A stretch of DNA of 63,953 bases, counting the filler, from Tortispora ganteri (Eukaryota), in assembly GCA_003707115.1 (NCBI GenBank). It is 21 parts of 21 records of this genome, joined end to end, with 100 filler letters (N's around TTAATTAATTAA, not from the genome) between each part and the next. Parts side by side here need not be neighbours in the genome. Positions count along the whole stretch, not along the records: positions 32,576 to 35,508 come from PPNB01000110.1; positions 35,609 to 38,502 come from PPNB01000111.1; positions 38,603 to 41,362 come from PPNB01000112.1; positions 41,463 to 44,308 come from PPNB01000113.1; positions 44,409 to 47,217 come from PPNB01000114.1; 16 more parts are not named here. One strand, 5' to 3'. How positions within the stretch are numbered: position 1 is the stretch's first letter; every line of letters begins with the position of its first letter. Positions 35,175-47,317 of the stretch are shown here, in pieces. The notes beneath the pieces are model-generated. The model worked only from the letters and a program-made list of their open reading frames with translations, was not told where the DNA came from and made no database searches. The position numbers were made by a program, and so were the translations under genes.

Positions 35175-35508
35175 ATGGATGATAGTTGGGTTTCTGATAT
35201 CTTAGCCGCGCTAGAGTCGGTCCATAATAGCAAAACCTCAAATCAGGACCGTTTACGCGCCCAAGCCTACCTAGAATCGCTCAAAGGTCATCCGCAAACT
35301 GCGCTCTGTGGTTACAATTTAGCTAAACCTGAATCAAATTACGATTTCACTGTCCGCCACTTTGGTCTTAGTCTTCTACAAAACGCCATTCTTGTCTGTC
35401 CGGAGGGCGACTGGTCAACCGGTAGAACTCTTACAGATCATATTGTTGAAATCGCCAAAAATGTCTCCGATTCTGACCCTCATTTCCTGAAAGAAAAAAT
35501 TGTCGTCT
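35175..35508 (+). CDS. MSN5: Karyopherin Msn5/exportin-5, N-terminal part
   Basis: Importin-beta N-terminal HEAT (ALESVHN...R..AQAYLE, VRHFGLSLL). Confidence 0.78.
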
Positions 35509-36657
35509 NNNNNNNNNNNNNNNNNNNNNNNNNNNNNNNNNNNNNNNNNNNNTTAATTAATTAANNNNNNNNNNNNNNNNNNNNNNNNNNNNNNNNNNNN
35601 NNNNNNNNAATGTATATCGCAACTGCCAAATAATTAGCCCAGTACTGCGAGAAATTTCATTTTAGATGGCAATTTTTCAATCTTAGACTTGATACTTGAC
35701 ACTTTCCAAAAAAGAATATGAACCGTATGTCCTAGAACTATCACTTAAATGCTTGCTTAAACGTAGTGATGCAGGAGCTTTAACTAGGCGTTAAAGATGA
35801 TGGAGGCGTATTTAATTCATAGATTCACCTAATTAATACGTAATCATAATGACTTAAGGGCAAAAGATATAGTGTCTGCTCTTCGAATCGCTAAATCAAA
35901 TGCATGACCGCAGTCGTTGATAATGAATGATCATAGTTATAGATATTTCACCGACCACGCATAAAGATTTAATAAAAAAGCTTACAACTTCAAGCCTAAC
36001 TCCTAAGCATGCAGAATCAATTTGCTGATCGCTTGCTATATATACCTTATTATATCGAACAACGTACTTAGATCGACTATGAGAATGCCTGAATCTATGT
36101 ACTTTAATTAGCAGATGATTATCCAGAACCTCAGGTAGTACATTAGCCAAATTGATATTCTATTTAGGTATAAGCAAGCATTCGTTAATGAATATTGACC
36201 AATGGATTAATTGTTAAATTCGACCATCACCGTGGATAACTTATGCGGTTCCCATTTAAAGGAGGTCCTTGGATTACCAAAATAGCATAAAGTAGAGTTG
36301 TATTATCTCACTACGTGCGCACATTTTTTGATAATTTATGGGCAAACCTAGTTAATATGCACTACTTATCCACTATTCACAATAGCAGTAATTCACCCTA
36401 CAGATTATTTTGTCAGAATTTGGTAGTCCTTCATCGTAGCACATCACTATGTGTTTGCTCTGGCAGCCGTACCACAAAGTCGAAACTCTTCTACGTGGGT
36501 CGTATCGCGTATTAGTAAATTCTGGTATTTCGCGAAAATCTTGAACTTTCTAAAGTGGTCATTATAGCGGCCCAAACGCCACCAAAATACTCAAATATCG
36601 TTCCCTTATGCATATAATACCTTTAAGAAGTATTTCTGCAGCTGGTGACAGTTTACT

Positions 36658-36691
36658 GTGAAAACCGTGAAAACCGTGAAAACCGTGAAAA
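36658..36691. repeat. (GTGAAAACC)x3.8 short tandem repeat
   Basis: Perfect 9-bp repeats decaying into CGAAAA units. Confidence 0.85.
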
Positions 36692-37526
36692 TCTCGAAAA
36701 TCGCAAAAAACACTAAGGCTATAGCCTTGGTAAATTTTCAGATTTCACGAAAATCTTGATTTTTTAGAAATTGCTCTTAAAGCGTCTAAAACGTCAGTAA
36801 ATACTCAAATAACCGAACATTATGCTTAGAATACCTTCAGAGCCTCTTCTAGGCCTTTCACGCGGCTCATGATAGTTTGCCCTTAAAATTGAGCAAATCG
36901 CAATACTCGTAAATGTCACCAAGACCACTGCATCGACTTTGAGAAACACGCTATCTAGGGCAAAGAAACTACATTGCTTTCTAGTCTTGAGGATAGGAAG
37001 ATGCACTTCCCCGTGGGTCTTGTAGCAATTCCTGTACTATTTGACCGTCGATGGTCTTGTCGGTTGGCTTCTGATGAATCTCTGAGATTCTGGCCGGTTG
37101 GACTATGATAGCACTGGCATGCATGTACACGCGATCGATGACTTGACACCACAGGCTGTTGTGTCAAGAGCCCAATGGTTAATCTTATTATTCCTGGACG
37201 CTGTTAACCTTCGATTGAGCGCATCCTGTGTAAGTTGTTAGCGTGCGTTGCTCAATGTATACGGTCGTCGACGAGAGATGGAGTAAGCCTAGTGAAGGAG
37301 AGCAAACAGCGCCCCCTATTGGCTATAAATATCACGTGCAAACACCTATACCCTTGAATAAAGTTTTTTTAGAACTGAAGAAAGATGTCGAGCAATGCAT
37401 CCTATTGGCTATATATCAGGTGATATACCCTATACCCTGAATTAAAGTTGCAGAAAATCGCTGAAAGGCCAAAATAACCCTGAACCCTTCCCGAGAAAAC
37501 GGGAAACCCTAACCTGATTTTCGAAG

Positions 37527-38272
37527 CTTCTGATTGGCTACCCGTAAACTTTAACCTTATTTGTGCATCAGAGCTTCTGATTGGTCAGTTTCAAACTTTA
37601 ACCTTATTTTGTACCGTGGCTTCTGATTGGTCGATCTAAAAGCTTAACCTTCGATCTAAAACTTTAACCTTCGATCGGATCGATCGCCTCTTATTGGTCG
37701 ATCTAAAAGCTTAACCTTCGATCTAAAACTTTAACCTTCGATCGGATCGATCGCCTCTGATTGGTCGATCTAAAAGCTTAACCTTCAATCTAAAACTTTA
37801 ACCTTCGATCGGATCGATCGCTTCTGATTGGTCGATTTAAAAGCTTAACCTTCGATCTAAAACTTTAACCTTCGATCGGATCGATCGCTTCTGATTGGTC
37901 GATCTAAAAGCTTAACCTTCAATCTAAAACTTTAACCTTCGATCGGATCGATCGCCTCTTATTGGTCGATCTAAAAGCTTAACCTTCGATCTAAAACTTT
38001 AACCTTCGATCGGATCGATTACCTCTGATTGGTGATCTAAAAGCTTAACTTTCGATCGGATTGATCGCCTCTTATTGGTCGATCCAAAAGCTTAACTTTC
38101 GATCGAATCGATCGTCTCTGATTGGTTCATCCAGACCAAACTTTAATTGTAAAATAAAGCTTCTTATTGGCTGATTTCTTACCCTAACCTGATTATGCAA
38201 TTAGGCCTTCTGATTGGTCAATATTGTTTCAAACTCTAATTTTTTGAATAAACTGTGCAGCTAATTGATTGG
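37527..38272. repeat. Non-coding tandem array: 46-47-bp units expanded to six 67-bp units, each with a CCAAT box
   Basis: ATTGG at 37533, 37580, 37626, 37693, 37760, 37827, 37894, 37961, 38028, 38074, 38121, 38166, 38213, 38268; the 67-mer is the 47-mer plus a duplicated 20-bp TCGATCTAAAA..TTAACCT subunit. Confidence 0.95.
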
Positions 38273-39150
38273 CTAATATAAGGTTTATACTGCCTAATCG
38301 GGATATATTGCCTCGGCTCGAAACCTTAATCGCTAAAGATCGTCAACCATTATAGTAATATATCTCTGTAATACTGTATGGTTTCACTGCGCACTGAAGA
38401 TACAGTAGTTATAGCATAAAATTAATGTCTTCGGCTAAAGTATTCGCAATACTCCATTTGCCGTAGCCTGAAGATCTATAATATCTTCTGCTTTGTCTCA
38501 TTNNNNNNNNNNNNNNNNNNNNNNNNNNNNNNNNNNNNNNNNNNNNTTAATTAATTAANNNNNNNNNNNNNNNNNNNNNNNNNNNNNNNNNNNNNNNNNN
38601 NNCGGTCAAGCAGATAATAAGGTTCTTAAATTTTGCTTTCGGTAGATTCTAGAGCGCAACGAAGTTGGTGAACCTTGATATTGGCATATCGCACTATAAA
38701 AAGATTGAGGATTTCATTAACTGAAGGTTAAATGAATGATCTAATTCTTGAACGTGCATAAAACCTACATACTTATTAAGTAGAGCTTAGTTTGATCTTT
38801 ACTTAAGTTATGGAAAAACTCCTCCTTACTTGCCAACGGCCAGTGCACATCATTGACTGATCAATACCTTCCACGGAATAACAATCTACAATGGATTTGC
38901 TTTTTCAGAATAGAACCAGTGTCGACAACGCTGCAAGTTGCTGGATGGTACATGCACATTGTTTCCAGTTACATTCTGCGGCATATCGAGCGCACGAGTT
39001 TGAGGCTGAAGTGTTTTAGCCTCAATGCTAATAACTCTAAATACGCAGCAACCAATCAAGGTTAACTTTAAACTTAGGCATTGTGACAGGATTCGGCGAT
39101 TAGAAGAATGTCAATAAGGCTATGCCGAATAAGACAACGATAAGTTTTCA

Positions 39151-41362
39151 TTGAAGACGGCAACAAGTTTATTATGGTTTTTGCTAGCAGCTATAATAAG
39201 CGCAAGCGCGGCTTCTTGCCATCAATCGCTCTCTATGGTACAGACAATATACAGTACTATCGTGGAAACGAACACGCTCATTTGCAGCCCACCTGTTGAA
39301 ACTTCTACTGTCTACGGACGTTTGTATACTTCTGAGTCTGCTGCTAAACGTGTGACTGTCTACGACGACCAATGCGCGCCTGGTGTGTCTACAGTTTCAG
39401 GCTGGTACTGCAACCAATGCACACCCGCTACGGTGACCTATGTACCTAGTCCGCCGGTCGTCAAAGGCGACTGTACCTATGTCTGGTCATACTACGAGTC
39501 CGTGTCTATGTCCGTGTCGTTTGACGTGCACGTCTCTATTGAGATTCCAGTCATTATCACGGAGACTATAGCACCTACGCCTCCGCCTACTCACCCCGCT
39601 ACAGCTACCGCGACTGTCCCTACGACTGTGCCCACTACTGTGCCTGCAGACGCTTGCTCAACCGCACCTGCCTACAGCGCAGGCCAAGCATTTGCCGCTA
39701 TATACGAGGGGGCAGTAGACTTGTCGTCGAGCGATATCCAGAACGGTGAATACAGGAATTACCAGCGAGACAATGTGGCCGCTACAGTCTCGTCAAACTC
39801 TATATCGGCATCAGTATCCGAACAGGGCTATGTCGAGTACCTTTTCTACCTTGAACCATCAGCCGACATTGCGTTTGTAGATGTACAGGCACAGGATCCT
39901 AGTAACTTTGCAGATACTTACGCGTACCTCTTTGATGGCGAATTGGCTATGCGGTGCGATAACATGGACCTTATTGGTTCTTCTGGCTCTTCTGCCACTG
40001 CCCCTCTGGACAGTTCGAATGGGTTCAAAGCAAGTTTTCCGGTCGACTTTGCTGGTGGATACTTGTACCCAGTCCGTATAGTCATTCCTGTTGCGGGCTT
40101 TGGATCGGCGGGTCAATTCAAACGTCAGGCCGGAGTCTCTGTGATCTTGAGTGTCATGTTTACTACCATCAGCGGCGAGACAATAGCTATTTCAGTATAT
40201 GGCTCTACAAGTGGATCACCTGAGCCGGTTAATCCTATTCCTTCAGTTAGTTCAGCCTTATCGATTATATCGGAATCTAGGGTTTTTCCGGAGTCTTCTG
40301 TTGTTTCTAGCTTTCCAGTTGTTTCTAGCTCTCCAATTGCACCTAGCTCAGTCGTTGCTAGCTCATCAGTTGCTGCTAGCTCATCAGTTGCTGCTAGCTC
40401 ATCAGTTGCTGCTAGCTCATCAGTTGCTGCTAGCTCATTAGTTGTTTCTAGCTCATCAGTTGCTGCTAGCTCATTAGTTGTTTCTAGCTCTTCAATTGCA
40501 CCTAGCTCAGTTGCCTCAGGATCTGCTATTGTTTCCAGTTCTTTAGTTGCTGCTAGCTCAATTGCATCTAGATCCTCTATCGCTTCCGGGTCGTCTGCAT
40601 CTTTCGACTCTAGCATCGGCTCGGGATCTTCAGCTTCCCCCAGCTCTTCTACCGCATCGGGCTCGAGTCTCGCCTCAAGCTCTAGCGTGACTTCCGTTTC
40701 AACTACATTATATTCTCCAGCAATTCCATCTGCCTCTAGCACTGCACTGAAATCCAGTTTTGGACGGAGCTCATATGGAAATTCTAGCACTAGTCAACTC
40801 TCTTTTGCCTCAAGTGCAGCAGCCGGATCCTCAGCTGGCTCTAGCTCCTCAGTTGCATCAGGATCCTCAGCTGCACCCGGCTCTAGTGTTTTATCAGGAT
40901 CTTCGACTGTATCAGGATCTTCGGCTGCACCCGGCTCTCGTGTTTTATCAGGATCTTCGGCTGCGTCAGGATCCTCAGCTGCACCCAGCTCCAGTGTTGT
41001 ATCAGGATCTTCAGCTGCGTCAGGATCCTCAGCTGTACCCAGCTCTAGTGTTTTATCAGGATCTTCGGCTGCACCCAGCTCTGGTGTTGTATCAGGATCT
41101 TCGGCTGCGTCAGGATCTTCAGCTGCACCCGGCTCTAGTGTTTTATCAGGATCTTCGGCTGCGTCAGGATTTTCGGCTGCTTCAGGATCTTCAGCTGCAT
41201 CCAGCTCTAGTGTTATATCAGGATCTTCGGCTGTACCCGGCTCTAGTGTTGTACCAGGCTCATCAGTAGGCCCCGGATCTTCGAGTTTGACTGCAAGTTC
41301 TAGTGTTACATCCGGCTCAGTTATTTCTACTGCTTCAAGTAATGCACTAAGTTCTAGTATTG
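39151..41362 (+). CDS. Secreted adhesin-like protein: signal peptide, Cys-rich N-domain, PA14/GLEYA-like domain, Ser/Ala/Gly stalk; 3'-partial, start codon problematic
   Basis: Hydrophobic leader LLWFLLAAIISASAA, LYPVRIVI strand, FKR Kex2-like site, 18-bp SSSVAA and SGSSAA repeats. Confidence 0.8.
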
Positions 41363-41473
41363 NNNNNNNNNNNNNNNNNNNNNNNNNNNNNNNNNNNNNN
41401 NNNNNNTTAATTAATTAANNNNNNNNNNNNNNNNNNNNNNNNNNNNNNNNNNNNNNNNNNNNAACGACATATC

Positions 41474-42256
41474 ATGACTAAAACTCGATTCATACCATGT
41501 AAATATTACCGGGAAGGGTACTGTAAAAAGAGAGATCTTTGTGAGTATAATCATAAAAGGATAAAAAAACTAGTCAAAGCTGATTCCGTAAATGAGACTT
41601 GTTCAGTTTGCAAGGAACCGATCAATAAGCGGACAGTTTGTCTCATGCTCTTCTGCATGCACAGTTTTTGTTCCACATGCATCACAGACTGGAGTAGAAC
41701 ATGTAAAACTGAAAAGAAATCGTTATCTTGTCCACTATGTCGGAAAGGTGAGCGGTACATTGTCGTGCCAGTGTTCCCTAAGAATCGTCAAAAGGCGTTA
41801 GATCTTTTTGAAGACTCGTTATTACATATGTTTGAAACTTCCGAACAGAATATGGTTGCAAACCCGGCATTAATAAGCATCGCGAAATACTTGAGTAAAT
41901 ACAAATCTGAAATTGACCAGCGTGAATCTTTAGCTTATGAATTGAGTGCTTTCTTTAAGGAATCAAGCTATCTCTTAGTTGAGTCTTTCCAGACCATGAA
42001 GAAACAGCCGTTAATTGTCAATCTATGGAAAAGACTGTATGTTACACTGGCTGTAGCATACGTAAATAGCGAGGTATCACTCTGTGAGGATATTATTTTT
42101 GTTTTGCATACGCTTTATGATCCACAAAAACCTATGACTGAAGTCTACCATGAAGTTGAAACCTTTATGGACAAGTATCCACGATTAGCGCACAATTTTA
42201 GATCAATTTTGAACGCACCGCATGTTGAATCTAAAGCAGATTGTTTTTTTTTTTGA
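41474..42256 (+). CDS. Second allele of the CCCH-RING gene, 16 aa shorter
   Basis: Near-identical to 10209-11039; T11 versus T12 run creates TGA. Confidence 0.75.
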   Translation: MTKTRFIPCKYYREGYCKKRDLCEYNHKRIKKLVKADSVNETCSVCKEPINKRTVCLMLFCMHSFCSTCITDWSRTCKTEKKSLSCPLCRKGERYIVVPVFPKNRQKALDLFEDSLLHMFETSEQNMVANPALISIAKYLSKYKSEIDQRESLAYELSAFFKESSYLLVESFQTMKKQPLIVNLWKRLYVTLAVAYVNSEVSLCEDIIFVLHTLYDPQKPMTEVYHEVETFMDKYPRLAHNFRSILNAPHVESKADCFFF

Positions 42257-42388
42257 ATCTTTCAGCTTTATTAGTCGACACTCCTCACGCAATTAAAAAA
42301 TAATCGGTTCACCACTTCTTGCACGGGACCCTGCCTGCTTTGTCCATTGGGACTTAGCCTTTACCATAACATCTTTCTTCTGTCGACA

Positions 42389-42618
42389 ATGAGTACCGCC
42401 TCATCGCAAGTCGAAAAAGTTGAAGCTTCAATCAAAGAATTGGTAAGTATCACAATTTTGTGTGAAACTTTACGATTATTTTTTTCTAACAATAACGGAA
42501 GATGAATGAGATTCAGCGTAATGCGGAAATGATAACACAACACACCAAGGAACTGGATCAACGACTAGACGAGATGGAAGCTAAATTCTCTAAACCGAAA
42601 CCTCAGATTAGTAAATGA
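42389..42618 (+). CDS. Second allele of the spliced HSBP1-like micro-gene
   Basis: Same splice signals and frame as 11126-11355; TCT>TCA synonymous change. Confidence 0.7.
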
Positions 42619-42790
42619 GTTCAGTTCAATCTTTATATATTTTAACAACAGTTTACGTCCGATACGGTAATATTAATAATAACAATAATAATAATAATAA
42701 CACTGTAGAATACAGTATTTGGCTGTGTCAATTGACACAAGAGACTTTTTTGGGTTGTACCCCCCCTAACGCGTACACATTTGTAGACAT

Positions 42791-43996
42791 TTACAACTCG
42801 TCGTGAGCTTTGTTCCAGACAGCAGGGAAATCACTAACGGCCTCAGAAATAGATTTGAGAATGTTCAATTTTATAGTAGATTGATCAACCTTTTCCCGAG
42901 CAAGATTAGCAGAGTTCTTCAGGAGAGCAGTAAGGCGCGTGGTCTCCTTCTTAATGTAGTCGGCGTCCTTAGCCAGTTTGCCAAGAATCTTCTCATAAGC
43001 TTCAATATCGGTACCGTTGGCCTTGAGTTCCTGCACTTTAGTTTTGATCTCTTCCACGACAGCTGCACGGTGTTCGGCCTCGGCTTCGACAAGGGTAGCA
43101 AACAGCTCGTTAAGCTCTTCAATGACACCGGCATCAGGGTCCAAACTGCCAGAGAGAGTGCGTTTAGTTCCGACGCGTTCGCGAAGGTACTCTAAGAGAG
43201 TCTCGGCGTTTCGCTCACCCTTGTATTGTAATGGGTTCTCCTTAGCATCCTTCTTGAACAGCATAATAGTGGGGAATGTGGCAACCCCGTACTCCGTAGC
43301 GTGTCCAATACCGGTCTCTTTAGAGGTCTCGATGCGGGCAATAACGACATCCTTGTCCTTTGCAAAAATTTTAGCAAGCTGCTCGTATTCCGGAGCCATG
43401 TTCTTGCACTGCGAACACCATTCAGCAGTGAAAGCGAGGAAAACATGCTTGGTCTCGTCCAGGACGATGTCGTCCCAGTTTCCATCTGTAACTTCGACAA
43501 CTTCAGTAAGCGCCTTCCAGCCGCCAGGAGAGATTCTTTCACCAAGAGGAGTTTCCTTTGGTTTGGGTTTCACCTCTTTGGTACGCGTGGGGGCGGCAGG
43601 CTGCTCGAAGCCTTTAACTCCAGAGTGCTCTTCAACAAATTCCTTAAAAGCGTCGAGAGTACGGGCCTTTGTGAAAGTAACAGGTCCGTCAGCCTTAATC
43701 GAATTGAACATCTTGATAGTCGGGTAGCCCTGGATTTCGAACTTCTTTCCAGCGATCCTGTTCTTGTCGGCGTCGATCTTCACAATTTGAACGTCTTCTT
43801 CGTTAAAAGAGAGTCCGAGATCCTCATATACAGGAGCCATATTGCGGCAGTGGCTGCACCAGGACGCATAAAACTTCACAAGCGTCGGCTTGCCAGATGC
43901 AATAAGTTCATCTATATCTTCGTCAGTAGCAACGATAGTATCAGCTGCAACGAGGCTGGCAAACAGAGCGAGTACGAATCCGCTGGCGAATTTCAT
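42791..43996 (-). CDS. Second allele of ERp38-type PDI
   Basis: Protein identical except WCSQC for WCAQC. Confidence 0.93.
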   Translation of the reverse strand: MKFASGFVLALFASLVAADTIVATDEDIDELIASGKPTLVKFYASWCSHCRNMAPVYEDLGLSFNEEDVQIVKIDADKNRIAGKKFEIQGYPTIKMFNSIKADGPVTFTKARTLDAFKEFVEEHSGVKGFEQPAAPTRTKEVKPKPKETPLGERISPGGWKALTEVVEVTDGNWDDIVLDETKHVFLAFTAEWCSQCKNMAPEYEQLAKIFAKDKDVVIARIETSKETGIGHATEYGVATFPTIMLFKKDAKENPLQYKGERNAETLLEYLRERVGTKRTLSGSLDPDAGVIEELNELFATLVEAEAEHRAAVVEEIKTKVQELKANGTDIEAYEKILGKLAKDADYIKKETTRLTALLKNSANLAREKVDQSTIKLNILKSISEAVSDFPAVWNKAHDEL

Positions 43997-44109
43997 TTTT
44001 GTGTAGCGAAATGAACACGTAGATGTCCACCGAAATTATATAAGCAAACTAAAGTGTAAACTTTAATCTGACAATTGAGCCGGGTAACAAGAAACCCGCG
44101 AAAAGTTTC

Positions 44110-44308
44110 TGTTGGAAGACGGTTGTCAAGGGCACAAGTCCCAAACCGTAAAATCTAGTACTAGTGCTTATTTTCCCAATCTCCTTTAAATAAAGTTGAA
44201 CCCCGCTGAACAAAAGCAGTATGCTCCTGGGCTCTTCCGTATCAATCAGAAAGAACACGAATAGTTACTTTCTATTTAACTAATGGTGGGGTAATTGATC
44301 TTAATCAA
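44110..44308 (+). mobile_element. Ty1/copia LTR, 5' (U3) end, diverged subfamily; insertion absent from the allele at 12847/12848
   Basis: TGTTGGAAGACGGTTGTCAAGGGCACAAG matches the reverse complement of the 24366 end; begins exactly where identity with contig 10198-13397 stops. Confidence 0.93.
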
Positions 44309-44408
44309 NNNNNNNNNNNNNNNNNNNNNNNNNNNNNNNNNNNNNNNNNNNNTTAATTAATTAANNNNNNNNNNNNNNNNNNNNNNNNNNNNNNNNNNNN
44401 NNNNNNNN

Positions 44409-44914
44409 GGCACATGTACGAACCTAGTACGGATGATTTGGAGAGAATGAAAGAAATGGAAAAAGAGCGCATCGAACGTGAGAAAGAAGCGCAAATGAAA
44501 AAAATACGCGCGCAACGCTATAAAGACTCTTATCATGATTTGAAAGATGATTGGCAGGTCGAAAAGGAGATGATATTCAAAAACACAGAATTAGATTACG
44601 ATAAAGAGCAGGTCATGAAAGATTTGGATGCCTCTTCAAAAGCGGAAGCTATCGCTAAACAAGCAGCCAAAAAGCCCGCTATTGGTAAAATTATTACTGA
44701 TCCTGCAAATGATGCAAATTCTCTGAAAGAACTTGCAGATGCAGATGAGGGTGTTATAGAGGACGACATTATTGACGCTAATGCCGACCCCCGAAAGAGA
44801 GCTGCACAGGAAGCCACTTTGAAAAGAAACAAATTGAACATTGTTCCTGTTGACAGAGTTGCTGAAGAAAGTACAGAGAAAGACAAAGAGGCTAAGAATG
44901 AAGGAGTTCTATGA
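44409..44914 (+). CDS. Second allele of 6830-7335
   Basis: Near-identical, two amino-acid differences. Confidence 0.65.
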
Positions 44915-45280
44915 TTATTTAGCAATTGGTTTTGTTTTATACTGTGTACGTTTTGGTTTTTTTTTTGGTTTTTTCTCAGTATGCTTTATTACTTAGTTAT
45001 ACAAGTTAAAAGCACGGTATTGCATACATTCATTTCCAAAGATATTATCTACGCATTCTAGAACTTTGCGAATTTTTACTTGTTTCATATGCTATTTTAT
45101 TCACTATGCGGCGATTATTAGCTGCATTGACTAGCAAAATTTATCACATATGCATGTCTCCTCTTCTTTCCCCGTTGTCTTACCTGTTGTCAACAGCCTC
45201 CTAACCGCACCTACCCCTTTTGCTTACACCGATCACTATCCACCCCGGAATCTCACTTTAACTTAGATAAATGATTTATA

Positions 45281-47217
45281 ATGTCTTCATACAACTCCTC
45301 GTATAGTCGTTCAAATAAGCGACCAGCTACTAGTAATCTCAATGCTTCTATAATTGAAGAAGAAGCTGTTGAGTCTGGAGAGGATACCGCCCAACCAACT
45401 ACTGTTACTGTCCCTATATGGTTTCACGAATCACATATATGTCAATACCCTGCTGTAATTGATTTATCGCTATTTCCAGATATTAAAGAGAACTTTGATA
45501 TTATTGAATTAGTTCCTGGATCAGAGCGGCAACGGCGACTTACGAGATCCTCACGCGAAGGCTCTGTGACGAGATCTTCGCATGCCTCCAGCGAGCGGGA
45601 GACATTCATTAAATCAGCAAATATTAATTCTCACAATATAAATCATGCAGCTTCAAATTCTGGTAGTTTCTATTTTGTTGCAAGAGCATTACCGCCTGAG
45701 GTTGGCAAAGGTCAGAACCTCAAACTGTCCGTTCTTCGTGAAGGCCTGCAACATTCCCTGTCTCTGTTCCCACGGGCAATGGTCAATTTACGCCGAGTTG
45801 AACACCGTGAAAGTATTATTGCTGATCTTATAGAAATTGGAATTAAAGATATTAACCTTTCCAGGGCTGATCAATGGCATATCTCTGCCAGTCTCAGAAA
45901 TCAATGTGTTTACTCCTCAGAAAGGATCACGTTCTTGAAGGCTATACGTGTTTCTGTAAATTCGATATTCAAACGAGGTCGCAAACAATTCTCGGCACTT
46001 ATCGGACCGAACACAAAAATTGTATACCGCACAGAATCCGCTAAATATACAATACTTCTACAGATGTCCCGTGAAATGTGGTACTTTGACGAACATGGAG
46101 AGATCCTGTTCCATAAAGTCATCAACTCGCTTCTTCCTGAGCTAATATCCAGATGGAATACGGCCGGCGTATCGCATTTTGTTTCAATAATCTTGTTCAC
46201 TTCGGTTGATTTATCAAATGGAACTACTCCTTATCGACCAGGAAAACGACCAAAGAAAACTCTCGATTATTACAAGGTAATTGTAAATAACGTTGCATTA
46301 ACGAGATGGAGCGATATCATGCAAACACTACGAAAGGAATTTTGTGCCTTCTTAGAGAATGTACTCCAGCAACCTGATATTGCCAATTCAGATGATACTT
46401 CTTCAGAAACACCTGAACGCATAATCGGCTCTTTATTACCCGCTATTCAAGGAAATATACTCGAAGCTATTAACATGTCTTTGACACAAGCTGACAGAGA
46501 TACTACTGATACTACTTTTAAGCACACAGGTATACAAACAGTGATTGTTACTCCAAGTGCAGGTCTCTTTGACGTTGACTACGATCTGCTTTACCGCACA
46601 GGCGAAATCTTGTTAGAAGAAGGAACCGGTATTGACTTTGTTTCATTGCAGAATATGCCTTTATATGTTTCACCTGCACTGAGATTTCTTGAAACAGAAT
46701 CTAATGACCTCATATATTGTCTGCCACACTGGGCGCAGATATCTTTTTGGCCAAATTTCGAGAGGGCTTATACATTTACATCTTGGAAACCTAGCTGTCA
46801 AATGTACGAGATTCAAATGACTGGAGTAATGGAAGACGAGCTTAGTTCTATTAGTATAGAGCCTTTGTTGCCTCCTCCAGCTGAAAAGTCTGAACATCAG
46901 TGGATGACTGAATATGATGAATCCATATTTCTTCCTGTTCATCCAGATTCTGATTTCCCTGATTTAATGAAACAATTTGGATTTGGAAAGGAATCAGTAA
47001 GCCCTGATGATTCGAGGTACGGTCATACAAGTAGCGAGCTATCTGGCTCAGTAAAGAATTCTCTTGATAGAGGTTTTGAGAATAGTTTCCCGGATAGAAT
47101 GACTCCGACAACTGACATTGGATCTTCTGATAAAGATTCAAAGGCTCCAAAACACACGGTAGTGGGATTTAAAATCTCCTCGACATCTTCTGAAAAGACC
47201 TCCAACACCGATTCAAC
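45281..47217 (+). CDS. IML1: IML1, second allele, 3'-partial
   Basis: Near-identical to 7705-9637 with scattered SNPs. Confidence 0.95.
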
Positions 47218-47317
47218 NNNNNNNNNNNNNNNNNNNNNNNNNNNNNNNNNNNNNNNNNNNNTTAATTAATTAANNNNNNNNNNNNNNNNNNNNNNNNNNN
47301 NNNNNNNNNNNNNNNNN

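Noticed and set aside
35896..37440. Short ORFs in the gene-free contig and within LTRs (23812-24015, 52691-52945, 53121-53303)
   Set aside because: Under 90 aa, mostly non-ATG starts, no recognisable motifs
37620..38130. CRISPR-like appearance of the 67-bp array
   Set aside because: Units are wholly repeated with no unique spacers, there are no cas genes, and the host is eukaryotic
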